64,000 nt of DNA from Bugula neritina (Eukaryota; Animalia; Bryozoa), in NCBI GenBank assembly GCA_964035545.1, contig OZ037765.1:19220995-19284994 (forward strand), read 5' to 3'. The notes beneath the pieces are model-generated. The model ran no database searches. It worked only from the letters and a program-made list of their open reading frames with translations, and was not told where the DNA came from. The position numbers and the translations under genes are program-made. Positions 36,779 through 50,020 of the stretch are shown piece after piece. Every line of letters starts with the position of its first letter. Position 1 is the stretch's first letter.

Positions 36779-39700
36779 TGTTGTAATATTTACACAGTTT
36801 ATGTAAACTTGGAGTTACCTTTTCTTGATGTTTTAGCTGATCAATTATTATTCTGTTTTTGTAAAAGATAGTCACTTCCTGTTTGGCAAACTGCAGTGCT
36901 TGATTAAAATAAACTGAAGATTAAAACTAATCCACTAATAATTGCTAGATAAATAGACATCTAAAGAATAAAACATGGTGGCAGCGTAATTTAATGGTTA
37001 GTTTAAAAGATGGAAGGCATTTCACCACCTGGACAATTGAATTTAAGGGCAGAAGATTTGTCAGGAGAATGGCGGCGTTGGATTAGGTCATTTGAGGATT
37101 ATTTGCTAGCAATAGACCTAACTGCTAACTCAAGAGCCGCAGAAAAAAGGAAATTAGCCTTATTCAGACATTGTGGTGGTGAAGATGTACGTGAAATTTA
37201 TTCTCAAATGGAATTTAATCTAGAGGTTAGTGGAGAAATTACTGAAATTGAGGAAGGGGTTGCTGGGAGAAAGCTAGAAGATGTAATTAGGCGTTTTCAT
37301 GAGTACTGTAATCCTCGCACTAGTATTGTGCTGAATAGATTTCAATTTCACAACAGTAGCCAAAGTGGAGATACAATAGATGTATACTTAATGAAATTGC
37401 GAAGGCTGGCGGAAGGCTGTGAATTTGGCAATCAAAGAGATTCATTGATAAGAGATAAACTGCTTTTTGGAATTGATGATTTTAATGAAAGAGAAAAATT
37501 AATGAAAGAGGTTGATGAAAAACTAAGTTTAGACTTTGTGATTAAGTCACTGAGAGTAGCTGAGAAATCTACAAGGCCTAAAGCGATAACGCTACCAGAC
37601 CCCAAACCCGAAGAAGTCAATGCAGTACAAAATGTTGATAATAGGAAGTCAAGAATTCCTTCTGAGGTTACTTATGATAAACGTTCCAAGAACCGATGTG
37701 AGCATTGTGGGAAAAACCATTACAAAAGTCAGAGATGTCCAGCTTATGGAACTAAATGTGCGAAATGCAATCAATTCAACCACTGGGCCAGAGTGTGTAG
37801 GAATTTGAATAAAGTCAATGAAGTACAGCCAGAAAAGGGTGACACAGATTTTTATTTAGGAGAGACACATCACATTAACTCCATAGGTTCTCAATCCTGG
37901 TACACCAATCTCAGAGTAAGCACCAACAAACACAAAGGACAAAGGATCAAATTTAAATTAGATACTGGTGCGTCTCTTAGTGTATGTGGTCCACATCATG
38001 TCTCAGGGGAGCTAATCTCAACTAGCAAAAAATTGTACGGCCCAGGGCAGACACTTTTGACATGTTTAGGAACAATAAAGTGCCAGATAACATCAAAGAA
38101 TGAGCGCATAAATGAAGACCTTTATGTTATTCAAGATCAAACCACACCATTGCTTAGCCGTAGTGCATGTGAGAAATTAAACCTCATCTCTGTGGATTCA
38201 TCTCAATGCCAAATAGAGAATGTGTGTGTTGATGAGAAGCTGTTCCAAGGATTGGGCAAAGTAAATACAGAGCATGTCATTACGTTGAAAGGAGATGCTA
38301 AACCATTTGCTATCCATGTTCCCAGACCCATACCTTTTCCTAGAAGAAAGTTAGCAGATGAAGCATTGATGAAAATGATTGAGGATGGAGTAATTGTTAA
38401 AGTTGATGAACCTACTCCATGGGTGGCACCTATGGTAGTAGTTCCTAAACCTGGCCAAAACAAGGTGAGAATTTGCACAGATTATACCGAGTTAAACAAG
38501 CATATTTTGAGAGAGTTCCATCCCATGGCAACAGTAGATAGCAGCTTAGCTCAATTAGGACAAGGACAAATTTTTTCCAAGATTGATGCAAACAGTGGTT
38601 TTTGGCAAATTCCTTTAAGCGAAGAATCTAGCAAACTAACAACGTTTCTGACTCATTCTGGACGATATCGCTATTTGCGACTGCCTCAAGGCCTATGCAG
38701 TGCTCCAGAAATTTTTGTTGCTGAAATGAACAATATTTTGAAGGATGTTGATGGTGTGGTTATACATATGGATGACATACTGGTTTTTGGTGAGAGCAAG
38801 GAGCAACATGACACAAGATTGCAAATAGTGTTGGAAAAACTTAAAGCTTCAGGCATTACGCTCAATAAAGACAAATGTAAATTTGGAGTACCATCTGTTA
38901 ATTTTCTTGGTTATGTCATAGATCAGTCTGGTATACATGTTGGCCCTCGAGTTCAAGGAATAGTAGATTTTCCTACTCCGAAAAATGTAACTTCAGTACG
39001 AAGTTTTCTTGGAATGGCCAACCAGTATGCTAAGTTTTCCGAGGAATTAGCTGCTGTGAGTGAACCAATTAGAATGCTGTTGAAGAAAGATGTTCCATGG
39101 CACTGGTCCAGCAAACAAGAAAACTCCTTCACGAGGATAAAAGAAATATTTCAAAATGCACCAGTTTTAGCAGTCTATGATGTAGACAAAGACACCATAA
39201 TCACAACAGATGCTAGCAATGCAGGTCTAGGAGCAACACTCTGTCAAATTCAACAGGATGGCTCTCGGCGCTTGATATCTGCTGCAAGTCGATCTTTAAC
39301 AGAGACCGAAAAGCGTTATGCAGCCATAGAAAAAGAAAGTTTAGCAGTCTGTTGGGCTATGGAAAAGTTTTCTCCATATATACTAGGTATGAAGAATGTG
39401 GTTATTGAAACTGATCACCGTCCACTAGTTACTTTGTTTGGGAATATCTTTCTAGACAGGCTTCCACCAAGAATTCAAGGGTTTAAACTTAGACTTCAAA
39501 GATTTCAGTATACTATCAGACATGTGAGGGGGTCTGGGGTTTGGTCTAAGAATGTTGCAGCTGATGCTCTCTCCAGGTATAACACTGCTGAAGCGAACGA
39601 GATTGATGCAGCAAGAGAAATGGAAATTGAACTTTATATTGATAACATCTACCAACATGGATCTGATAGCAGGTTGGAGCAGCTTCGATTAGAACAACAT

Positions 39701-41143
39701 GAAGATGAAATACTGTCAAAAGTAATCAAATTAGTAGAAAATGGATGGCCAGGGTATTTGTCCACTGAAGATGTCCTTCTGAAGCCCTATTTTGAAAGAA
39801 GATCTCTTTTAACAATAAACAAAGGATTCTTGACACTTGGCAATCGTTTGGTAATACCGTTAGCTCAAAGAGAACAGGTGTTGCAAGATATACATAGAGG
39901 ACACTTGGGCATTACAAAATGTCAAGCACGGGCTAGAGATGGCGTGTGGTGGCCTTCTATGTCAAAGGCTATTGAGGCTATGATCAGCAATTGTGCTGAA
40001 TGCAAAATCCATGCAGCTAAAATTACAGAGCCATTACGTCCTTCTGCAACTCCAGATAGACCTTGGCAACACCTTAGCACCGATTTGTTGACTTATAAAG
40101 GCCAAGTATATCTTCTGGTTATTGATAATTATTCAAGGTATCCTGAACTTGCCTTGCTGGGAAACTCTGACTTTTCTTCAAGTAAAGTAATAACACACCT
40201 AAAATCTATTTTTTCACGACATGGCATACCTGAAATACTATTGTCAGATAACGGCCCACAATATGCAAGTGCAGAATTTAAACATTTTTCTGTCGAGTAT
40301 GGATTTACCCATGTGACTAGCAGTCCACATTATCACAGAGCGAATGGAGCAGCTGAACGAGGAGTAAGGACCATCAAAAACATGCTTGCAAAAGAGAAAG
40401 ATCCTTATTTGGCTTTGTTAGCTTATAGATCCTCACCGCAGTTTAGCTCATACTCTCCAGCAGAATTGTTAATGGGTAGAAAATTGAGATCCACTGTACC
40501 CATCCATCCGGATAAGCTTAAACCTGAACTCCCTGACCATGACTTATTCAAAAGGAGCAACGATCAGTATAAAGAGAAAATGAAAGAAAATCATGACAAA
40601 AATCCTAAAGTGCGCCCCCTTTTGCCAGTAAATAAAGGAGACAATGTGATGGTGAGAGATATGCAAAGAGAAGGCTATGCTGCCTCTTCTTCAGACAATA
40701 TTACTCGTCGAACAAATGTCATGACTGACACTGGACCTTTAATACGTAACAGAGCTGATATAACTAATATCCCAACACGATGTTCTGAGCGAACCAGAAA
40801 AGTGCCACGCTACTTAACAGATTTTGATTGTACATAATTTATTATCCACGCCTGTAGTATAAGTTGCACTTGATTTAATTACTGTTGTCAAACCGTTTCT
40901 TTTGTGTGTTTTTTTTTGTTGTTGTAGCCTGAAACTAAAGAGGGGATGTTGTAATATTTACACAGTTTATGTAAACTTGGAGTTACCTTTTCTTGATGTT
41001 TTAGCTGATCAATTATTATTCTGTTTTTGTAAAAGATAGTCACTTCCTGTTTGGCAAACTGCAGTGCTTGATTAAAATAAACTGAAGATTAAAACTAATC
41101 CACTAATAATTGCTAGATAAATAGACATCTAAAGAATAAAACA
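36779..41143 (+). mobile_element. Full-length Ty3/Gypsy LTR retrotransposon (K02A2.6/Mag-like)
   Basis: 197 bp TG...CA LTRs (36779-36975, 40947-41143) that read identical; PBS TGGTGGCAGCG (36976-36986) complementary to the 3' end of tRNA-Leu; PPT AAAGAGGGGA (40937-40946). Confidence 0.96.
37010..40837 (+). CDS. Gag-Pol polyprotein, 1275 aa (Gag, Zn knuckle, protease, RT, RNase H, integrase)
   Basis: CAKCNQFNHWARVC; LDTGAS; LPQGL...IHMDD; TTDASNAGLG...EKE; HRGHLG...CAEC zinc-binding domain; integrase D, SDNG, AER. Domain order PR-RT-RH-IN. Confidence 0.96.
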   Translation: MEGISPPGQLNLRAEDLSGEWRRWIRSFEDYLLAIDLTANSRAAEKRKLALFRHCGGEDVREIYSQMEFNLEVSGEITEIEEGVAGRKLEDVIRRFHEYCNPRTSIVLNRFQFHNSSQSGDTIDVYLMKLRRLAEGCEFGNQRDSLIRDKLLFGIDDFNEREKLMKEVDEKLSLDFVIKSLRVAEKSTRPKAITLPDPKPEEVNAVQNVDNRKSRIPSEVTYDKRSKNRCEHCGKNHYKSQRCPAYGTKCAKCNQFNHWARVCRNLNKVNEVQPEKGDTDFYLGETHHINSIGSQSWYTNLRVSTNKHKGQRIKFKLDTGASLSVCGPHHVSGELISTSKKLYGPGQTLLTCLGTIKCQITSKNERINEDLYVIQDQTTPLLSRSACEKLNLISVDSSQCQIENVCVDEKLFQGLGKVNTEHVITLKGDAKPFAIHVPRPIPFPRRKLADEALMKMIEDGVIVKVDEPTPWVAPMVVVPKPGQNKVRICTDYTELNKHILREFHPMATVDSSLAQLGQGQIFSKIDANSGFWQIPLSEESSKLTTFLTHSGRYRYLRLPQGLCSAPEIFVAEMNNILKDVDGVVIHMDDILVFGESKEQHDTRLQIVLEKLKASGITLNKDKCKFGVPSVNFLGYVIDQSGIHVGPRVQGIVDFPTPKNVTSVRSFLGMANQYAKFSEELAAVSEPIRMLLKKDVPWHWSSKQENSFTRIKEIFQNAPVLAVYDVDKDTIITTDASNAGLGATLCQIQQDGSRRLISAASRSLTETEKRYAAIEKESLAVCWAMEKFSPYILGMKNVVIETDHRPLVTLFGNIFLDRLPPRIQGFKLRLQRFQYTIRHVRGSGVWSKNVAADALSRYNTAEANEIDAAREMEIELYIDNIYQHGSDSRLEQLRLEQHEDEILSKVIKLVENGWPGYLSTEDVLLKPYFERRSLLTINKGFLTLGNRLVIPLAQREQVLQDIHRGHLGITKCQARARDGVWWPSMSKAIEAMISNCAECKIHAAKITEPLRPSATPDRPWQHLSTDLLTYKGQVYLLVIDNYSRYPELALLGNSDFSSSKVITHLKSIFSRHGIPEILLSDNGPQYASAEFKHFSVEYGFTHVTSSPHYHRANGAAERGVRTIKNMLAKEKDPYLALLAYRSSPQFSSYSPAELLMGRKLRSTVPIHPDKLKPELPDHDLFKRSNDQYKEKMKENHDKNPKVRPLLPVNKGDNVMVRDMQREGYAASSSDNITRRTNVMTDTGPLIRNRADITNIPTRCSERTRKVPRYLTDFDCT

Positions 41144-42500
41144 CTCAATGCATAAATGGAAGGACACAATCAAGAAATATCTATAATTCTGTTCCTGAAG
41201 AGGTTACTTAGGATAGGGTTTGTTATAGATGGAGAAGCATAACTGAGCTCGGCTTTCAGCAGTCATCTAGCCACCTGAGCAAAACAGAGCAGAAATAGGT
41301 GAGGACGAAGTGATAAAAAGGATCATTACTGGTGATAATTTATATAATTTATATATATTTGAACAAATAATCATTTACTTTCATTTGATTCATTTAAAAC
41401 GTTGAAGAAAAATATGTTATATATAAATAAATTAAAGTAAATAGTCGTTTTTTAATTTGATTTACTTTTTCAAACAATTGCTGGTAAAAGGAATAATTTG
41501 CTAACATAAAATACTAAAAACGCTTTAAAAGAACTTAAACTTGTATAACTTACATTCTGGTCTTTTGGAGAAAACAGAAATTTAAATTATGAAAAAGTAC
41601 AACGACGTCAGCCTGTGGTAGCTTTGCGGTTTTGTAATTTTCTATAATAAGTATGCATGACTCAAGACATGTTACAAATAATTTCTTATACATAACTTTT
41701 GATGAATAAATAATTAGTTTCGTTCATTATATAACCTGATTAGAAAAACTGCTTTTGTATGTATTCCATATAATTCATGAAACCAGAAGTTATTGAAGAC
41801 AAAATTCATGACCGCTTTGTAAGATGATCACCATGACAGTGCACTTCAATCAGAGCAAATCTAAAACATAGCAAGATTCGTTTTTCTTTAAGTAAAGACT
41901 ATATTAATCTTGTTTAGCACATAGTTATTCATATCATAAGTTAATCATATTAAAATCTGTAAAATGATACTTATACAAGTGTATTTCAATGGAATTGTTA
42001 CTACATAATTAATCAAATAGCTATACTATCTTTTCTTTCTACCCCCTGTAATAATCCTATAAGTAAGAAAATGAACAAAATACAGTATATATTGTACCAA
42101 AGTAAAAAAGTTTTGCTTCATTTTTCTACATGCATTAATGTTGTAAATTGTTAAACCTATAGCCTTGTTTAGATAGAATTATTTTACCAAGGATCAATTT
42201 TTTATGAACCATACGACAAAACTGTGAACAATTTGAATAGCATTCAGAAATTATTAATAAAAAGAATTTAGGAAATTGTAGCATGTACTATTTAATATTT
42301 CTAACTTGTGGCATGTTTTAGTGTTGATCATTGTAAAACTGTCAATTGTTAATTGTCTGTTAATTGTCAAATAAACAAATTATCTCCAACAATATGTAGA
42401 AACTAAACATAATATTCTATTTGAGTTTAATTGAGACTATACTTTGGTATTATTTTCTGCATATACTGTATTTCAGTCATTATCTAATTAACCGCTATAA

Positions 42501-45500
42501 TTATTGCATTGTTTTACCTTCCAAGCATTGTTGAAACCAATCAGTAATCCCAGCATTTCCATCTTTCTCTACCATTGCCTCAACTTCTTCTTTTAACTTT
42601 TTCTTGTTTGTCTGCATATATGCCAATAAACTATTCCATTAAATGTGAATACTATGCAGAATGCTATGCAAAATATTGTGATAAAAGCTTCCAATAGTGT
42701 TTTTCTATATATGCTATATTTAATTTTGTGACTTTTGAATTAAAGAACAGAAGAAAAATGTATATTCTGATGAAAAATGAAAAAAGGGTTTTGTATGACA
42801 CATGCATGTAGATATGCGCACGCCCACACACCCACACGCCCACCCGCACATATACACCTAGCCGTGCACACACATGTCATTCAACTCAATTAATCTATTC
42901 GAGGCTCTTAAGTCTATTAAACCTGGGTGTTGAAGCCTAATGTGGGTAAGAGTACTCTAGCTTTAGTAAATTTCAATATCTGCCCATGCAATAATATGGT
43001 ATACACTCAATAATGTCTAAATATGACACAAATTTAAATACTTTTAGTTAAAAGATTTTGTTTTGCAGGCAAGCCCATTGTTTTGGAGCTGTAGAGACCT
43101 AAATTACCTATGGTCTATAAATCAAAAACTTTGAGCAAAAGTTTCGCTTTTGAAACATTTTCCTAATATTTATTTACTGAGTAAAATAAATTTTCAAAAA
43201 CGTGAATTTATGAAAGCCATTGTTTTTTTTGTAAGTAGCTAAGTCCTGTTGAAACAAAGTCTGTTTTTCACATTGGAGTTGTTCTCCCAACTTTCTAAAA
43301 AAGTCCTGTGGCCTTCACCTATATTTCTGTAAACTAATAACTAATTAATTAATTTTAACTGTCCTAAAAAATCAAAGCTTCATTCTCAGTACAAAAGTTA
43401 CTCACTTTTCTCCCATTCTCTGTTAAAGGTAAAGAGTCAAAGTAGAAAATTCTTGCAGCTTTTTGTATCTCATCCAACTGCCCATGTAAGTAGATATTAA
43501 CACATGTTATATCTATTTACACCAAACTGTATTTGTAAGCCAGAAACATTAAATTCATATAGCTTAACATGATAAGCAATATGGTAGATTTAATAACAGG
43601 TAGAGGGTAATGAGGGGGGGTTAAATTCTGGCAGAAACTACTTCATATGGGATACCTAATTAGCTTATATGACATTATTTGCATAATTGATCATGCTAAG
43701 AAAGTGTTTAACCCTAATATCTCTACATTAACAAAAACTATACATTCAGTGCTGTTGATCAGTCTTTATAAGAAACAAGATTGCTACATTTTTGTGTATC
43801 AATATGCATATACATGAATCAACCCAATGCATGTATAGTTACACATCAATATGAGCGCATATCTAATCAACCATTTGCTACGTCAAGTAAAGATATTGCA
43901 GTGAATGTGCATATAGCATACCCCATTCTGATGACAGAAAGCAAAAAGGTCCTCTTCTTTAGGTTTCTCTGCTCCACTATGTAACCTAAAACAGTTTTAT
44001 TAAGTTCAATTACTGAGCATAATTTTTATCTTCTTCATATATTATTGATGTAAAGCTAAAGCTAAAATTGACCACCTCATAACATTTAAAGTCTTTTCAA
44101 CTTGACTGCAAATGAACTTTCTGTAAAGTAACAAATATATATAATGCTTGATAACTCACACAACACAGTAGGTGATCTCATCTCCTATAACATCATTATT
44201 TTTTGCCCCAACCACCTGCAAAAGAAACAATATAGTAAAAAACAAATGCAGAGACGCCTAAATTTGGTGATGCACACAAATTTAAACATTAATTTATTTG
44301 AAATAAATCATCAGAATTTCAACCCTTGTTTGTATTTATATTTCATTGCTAGATTTTGTAAAAAAATCTGTAACTTACTGAAACAGTTTTAAAAGTGGGA
44401 TATTTTAAGACAACTTCTTCAATTGGTCCAGGATACACAACATCTCCAAATATTTTAAATCTCATAGCATCAGTAACTCTTCCTTTTATTATAAAAGTGC
44501 CATCTGGGTACATCATCCCCATATCTCTGGAGCAAAAGTAACATTACTATCCTTAAAAGATTATATTTTTACCATTTTCACGATTTCCATTTGGTAAGTT
44601 TAGACAAATGTTATAGTAGCTATTGTAGGTTTGCAACTTTGACAAATTAGCCATAAATAACTTTGTTAAATGATGAAATATAATTATAGTTTAAACCATT
44701 TCTCATCCAAATCAAACAAAACTTGCAGGCATGTATGTTGTAGAATTATTACCCAGTCTTAAAGAAACCATCTTCTGTGAAAGCTTCTTTCGTCTTTTCT
44801 GGTTCTCCTCTGTAGCATTTCATAATACTAAATATTTTAACTTGTATTTCACCATCTTTACCAATGTCAACTACTTCATTCTTTTCATTCACCAGTCTTA
44901 GCTATAAATAGAAACATGCTTTGATAAAGTTATTATAACAAACTTTATTGTTTATTTCAATACCTTTATACTTATATAGTAAAAAATATTTTGGAGTTTT
45001 CATATCGTTTGTTAATAATTTTATTACTATAACAAAAGATTTTCAAGAATGTTATTTTGTATGATATACTAATAGGTTTAAACAAAATATTAATACAATC
45101 TAAAGTAACATCATACAAACTCCTTGCTGTTTCTGGTATTTTTATAGTTTACATGTATAAAATACAGTAAGAAAATACTATTGTTATAATAAATCAGTAG
45201 CTTTCAGACAGTTTAACTTCTCTACGCTTATATGTCAATTTTTAAACTTTTGCTTATGAAAGCATCTTTGTTAAGTTAAATGTTGTGCACTGCTGCATGT
45301 TTTATTTTCTAAAATTTCATATATATATAAAGCTTTTGAAATACTGTTGAACTACAAATATTTTGCTACATGTAATTATATTTGACATATGCAATCTTAC
45401 ATATAAAATTGTTGATACTGCGGTTTTAAGCTGACATTGAAAACACTTTACGTTAAATTATAGCCCCCCTCTACTTTTCAAGAGCTGAAGCTAAATTAAG

Positions 45501-46372
45501 CATCAAAACACAAACTACTGTTTATAGTTTTCCTTTTGTAAGAAAATTTTCAAATCAACACAAAAATTTTGAGCACACATGTATAGTTGATTTAACTTTG
45601 AAGTCTTTTTAATTGTCCTGTTTCCAATGGGCTTTAGGTTTTTATTGAAGAGCTGAAAATAATGTGTTTTATAAGGCACTACTGCATGCTATAAGCATGA
45701 AATGCTAAGAATTTGTAAAAATATTTTTATCTAAAATATTTTTCATCTCTTTAATGTAATATACTTAGTTATTTATAGCACAAACTTCTGCATTTGATAT
45801 TAGATGAAGTCTTGACTCCCACATCTTTTCTATGTCATCTGGCTGACTACCAAGTGGAGTTGAGCCAATAAACGATGCTTCAGAACAACCATAGCCAGTC
45901 TACAATAAATAGTAATGACTGATATCACACTTATTTACCACTAATTATAATGTAATTGTGATCGCAAGTAATAAACCCTTGAATATTTAAAAATGAAACG
46001 AATCAACTAACAAATGGTATTCCTTTAAAAACTCTTGTCATGTTCTCTTTAAATTCTCTTGAAATTATTTGTCCAGCATATAAAATAAACTTCATAGAAG
46101 GTGCTTTCATTTGCTTTTGTTCCAAAGTAGAAGCTATTAGCTGTGTCACAGCAGATGGCAGGATAAAGTTGTCAACTCTAAAACATAGTGATTGTAACAA
46201 TATATTTATAGTGATGAGGCGTTATAATTCATGGCCATCATTCTAATAATTTTTGATAAAACCATCACAAACGTGATTTCTTTTATCAAATATTTGACTT
46301 GAATATGATATTAGGTTTTTGAATAACCAAATTTATAGATGCACATGTAACAAATAGTTTGGGAGTCAGTTG

Positions 46373-46452
<80 letters not shown>

Positions 46453-49400
46453 ATCCATTTGCAGCTTTGTAACAGAACCTAAAAACTTACCCTTCAGAGT
46501 GAAGAATGGCTGCACAGCAATTCCCAAATTGGTCTTTCTCTTCTGAAATATCGGGTGAGAGCACAACTTTACTGCATTTCCCTGCTAGTAGCATAGCAAC
46601 AGCAGTGTATCCAATTAGGTCGTCAAAATTATAGTTTAGTGCTAACAGCACCTGCAACAAATTGTGCAATTCTTGCAACTAATTTTCTTAAGAACAAAAA
46701 TTGACAGCAAGTTATCAAAGACAGCACCTTTATTCATGCGATCAAAGCACAGACAAGTATCGTTGGGCTATAATGTTGCTTCATGTCTATGCATATAGTA
46801 TTATATATTTGCATACGAGTAGATCAAGTAAAGATACTTATTTAAAACCATTTTGGGTATTTTTATAGTTTGATACCGTACGCCAGGAGAAGTTGTAAAA
46901 TACATGTGTAAAGAGCTGAAAAATATTGCTCACCCCAAGGTTGAAGTTGACCAGACATAAACTATTAGCCTTGCCACTGTTCTTATGTACAATACATTTA
47001 GGTTTACCAGTGCTGCCCTGTAACAAATATAAGCACACAACCACATATATGTGTAAATATACAGTGCATATATTAGTAGATATACATAATATACATAATG
47101 TATAACAAAATCACAAATTAATCCATCCTGGCAACCATTCATGCAGTCATAGAAACGCACTGATACATTAGTAGGTATACCTACAATACGTAATATGTAC
47201 TGTATATCTACTAATATATGCATATCATATTTCCAAGTAGGCCTACCCAGTTTATTTAAACAGTTATGAACATATATTATTGCTGTGATTCAGTATTATA
47301 CTTTGTTGAAAAGATACAAGTAGAGATATCTTACAGAAGTGAAAAGATGACACAAAACATCTTCTGGTTTCACACTCTTTCTAGCTTCTTCTAGTTGTTG
47401 ATCAGATATTGACTCTCCATATTGTCTGAGTTTATCCAAGTTGTTAAGAAATTTCTGAGTTGGAGATCTGTCTTTGTATGAGTTGTCATAAAATACGTGC
47501 TTCACGTGAGGTAACCTGCAAGACTTTTTACATTTACACACTCATATGATATAGTATATTTTTTTGGTGTGAGCAGACAGTTTCAAAGATAGCATAGGTG
47601 ACAGGAATAGACCCTTTTTCAGAGGTTCCCAATGTCCCCCCTCCTTACAATTAAGAGTTGTGGTCTCTCAAATTGAAATTTGTTGAGCAAAATAGGCTTG
47701 AACCCACTTTTGTGGTTTTGGTTGCTGAGCAATGCTGAAGCGCCACGTTAGCATTGCTCAGTAACCAGAAACACATAAATGCTTTCAAGATTATTTCCGT
47801 CAAAATTATTCATGAAGAAATATCTTTAACATTTTTTAAACTGCTAATATGTGTGCTTATATCAAAATATCTATCTCCCATAAGAACAATTTTATAACAT
47901 AATTAGAATTCTAAGTATCAGCCAAACTTTAAATTTTGAATGAGTTTGCTCTTTATACAAAGGTTCAACCTATTCTTTGTAAGAGACTACAACTTTTAAT
48001 TGGAAAGAGAACCTCTGAAAAGGGTCTATTATAGTTTTAACTGGTTAACTTACGAGATTAATTACAGTTGCAAAATATTATAATAAGATAAGGTAAAAGT
48101 TTTTGCTTTAAACTAATATAGTTTAACAATATATAAACTCATAGATTAATCTGCAAGAGTTTTATTTTAAACTACACAAATTAATTTATATAGTAATTAA
48201 AGTTGACGATAATCCATTTTTGTTATATTAGAAACTATAATTGTACTTGCACAGTTTAGCACTGGAACTTCTGTGCATACTTTAAAAACAAAATAAATAG
48301 TTTTCTATTCCAGCTAAATAAGTATAACTAAAAAAGGCAAAATAAATATTACTACTTACACGCTAGAGTTGGGTGCCTCCTGATTTTCCCCAAACAATCC
48401 CAGTAAGGCAGAAAATGTTTCTCCTCCGTGCCCTTCACCGGCTATCAGAACTTTGCTATTTAAGACTGGGAGAACTTTAGAAATAGCCATTTTTATTGGA
48501 GCGTACAAATAAGGGTGCTAAAAGTAGTTGTTTTGTCAGCTTTTATAAAATTTGAATATACTACAATTATAGTAAATTTCAACTAAATCCTTTTCATAAT
48601 TTGTAAAACATCTTAGGGCACTTTCAGATTCTGAAAGCACCCATAGATGTAAAATATGCTGTTTTTTGTGACTCAATGTTCGATTGAAGTACGCAGACTA
48701 AAAATATTTTTCTCATTATACTTGCAGCTAAGGATTTCTAGGTGACCTATTAACTCAATATCAATTCAATTAACTTACAGCATATCCAATACCAACAGAT
48801 ACAGCAGCTGTGAACAGACATGCAGCTTCTAGAGTTGGAACTCCAACTACTGTGAGAGTATCTTCTCCAGGAGTAAGTCCTAAGGCTAACAAGCCTTTAG
48901 CATATCCATCAGCCTACATTTGAGATTGAAAACAAATATATTTCTATACATCTATTCTCACATTTTTTTTTCATATACATCTATAACGCAATTTAAAAAA
49001 TTAATCCAAATTTTAAATGGTTCATTAATTTTATACCAAATAGAATATCTAGTATAAATGTAACGTTCTTAAACTTCTAATGCTTGTTGATCAAACCATA
49101 TATTAGGAGTTAATTTTCCTATTGGTATAACTTTAACATCGTTATACATTTCTAAGCTGATTGAACATAATAAAGCTAGAAATTCAGTTGCTCGTTTTTC
49201 TTTCACATAAAAAGAAAAAAAATAGATGTTGGTGACTGTTGTTTAGAATCCCGAAGCTCCTGTCGTGTAATTGGTTAGCGCGCCTGCTTGCAAGCCGGAG
49301 GTCTGTGGTTCTAAACCCAGTGGGGGGCAATTATTTTACAGTGACAAAGCAATTTCTTACAAATAATTTGAAACTCATTTTAGTTAAAGGTTTCTTGTAA

Positions 49401-50020
49401 CTTACTCAGATATTTTGTATACCAGCAAATGGAAAGGGGATATTTAATAAGTTTTAAGAAGTTGTAAGTATATTATTTTCTTATTTAATATGAATATTGT
49501 TGTACTGAGTATATATATTTGCATAACCAGCAGTTTACAGCCCATGTACCAGAAAGGGAATTTTACAGAGTATCAGAAGGTATTGAAAAGCAGTAGAAAG
49601 TACTAGAATAATAGCGAATTATTTGGATTTCACTAAGTAGGCTATTGACCTCTATGCATAACATAAGTTTTTAAAAATTGATTCAACATGTCAATAGCAG
49701 AAAGGAACAGACTAGTTAGATAATTAATACCTAGCAGAATTGAATGTCAGAATAAAATTAAAACCACTCAAGCTTCAAGTACTTGTTGTACCAAAACCAG
49801 TTCAATGCCCGCATCAGTAACATTATATAGTAGATATTTATCGTACTTTTTGATGGATTTGACTAGCAGTCATTCTCTCCATAGTCTCTAAGTTAACCAA
49901 CTCTCCATCATGTCCTTCTTTTCTGACTTTCTCAAACAGTTGGTAAAGTACCAGATCCTCTTGTACTGGATGTTCAGGATCATGTGTGTTGACATAACTC
50001 TTAGTCAGGGGTTCAGACAT
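42501..50020 (-). CDS. AMP-binding acyl-CoA synthetase-like protein (ACSF2-like ANL superfamily), paralogue A, ~14 coding exons
   Basis: Exons encode FTS|GSTGKPK (AMP-binding signature), GYGCSE, FFKTG|DMG, IKGRVTD, YPGPIEE and LPLTENGRK. GT-AG junctions in phase where checked; start at 50020, stop TAA at 42501-42503. Confidence 0.88.
46376..46449. repeat. (TA)n microsatellite
   Basis: Directly visible. Confidence 0.97.
47606..48030. mobile_element. MITE with long imperfect TIRs in a paralogue A intron
   Basis: AATAGACCCTTTTTCAGAGGTTC ... GAACCTCTGAAAAGGGTCTATT, with inner pairing CAATTAAGAGTTGTGGTCTCT / AGAGACTACAACTTTTAATTG. Confidence 0.75.
49256..49329 (+). mobile_element. tRNA-derived SINE head or tRNA pseudogene
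   Basis: A-box-like GTGTAATTGGTTAGCGC and B-box-like GGTTCTAAACC; the cloverleaf is imperfect (6 nt anticodon loop, mismatched stems). Confidence 0.6.

Larger units (their letters stand above)
36545..41310 (+). pseudogene. Degenerate 3' fragment of an RTE-like LINE ORF (36545-36778 and 41144-~41310), split by the Gypsy element
   Basis: Broken-frame translation EMRIL...HKTNESIRQ...FG*VCKREEDDDMRRVHEIRVIRRRN / MHKWKDTIKK resembles the RTE C-terminal WFGHV.R...RGRP..RW.D pattern. Confidence 0.55.

Noticed and set aside
38760-38780. RT motif HMDD instead of YxDD as a sign of inactivation
   Set aside because: Both catalytic Asp residues are present, the ORF is intact, and to my knowledge His at this position occurs in related Gypsy elements.
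37432-39658. Short antisense and overlapping ORFs inside gag-pol (also 6412-7278 and 25802-27487)
   Set aside because: Shadows of long coding frames with no recognisable motifs.
49256-49329. Functional tRNA-Ala gene
   Set aside because: 6 nt anticodon loop, altered T-loop and poorly paired acceptor and T stems; better explained as a SINE head or pseudogene.
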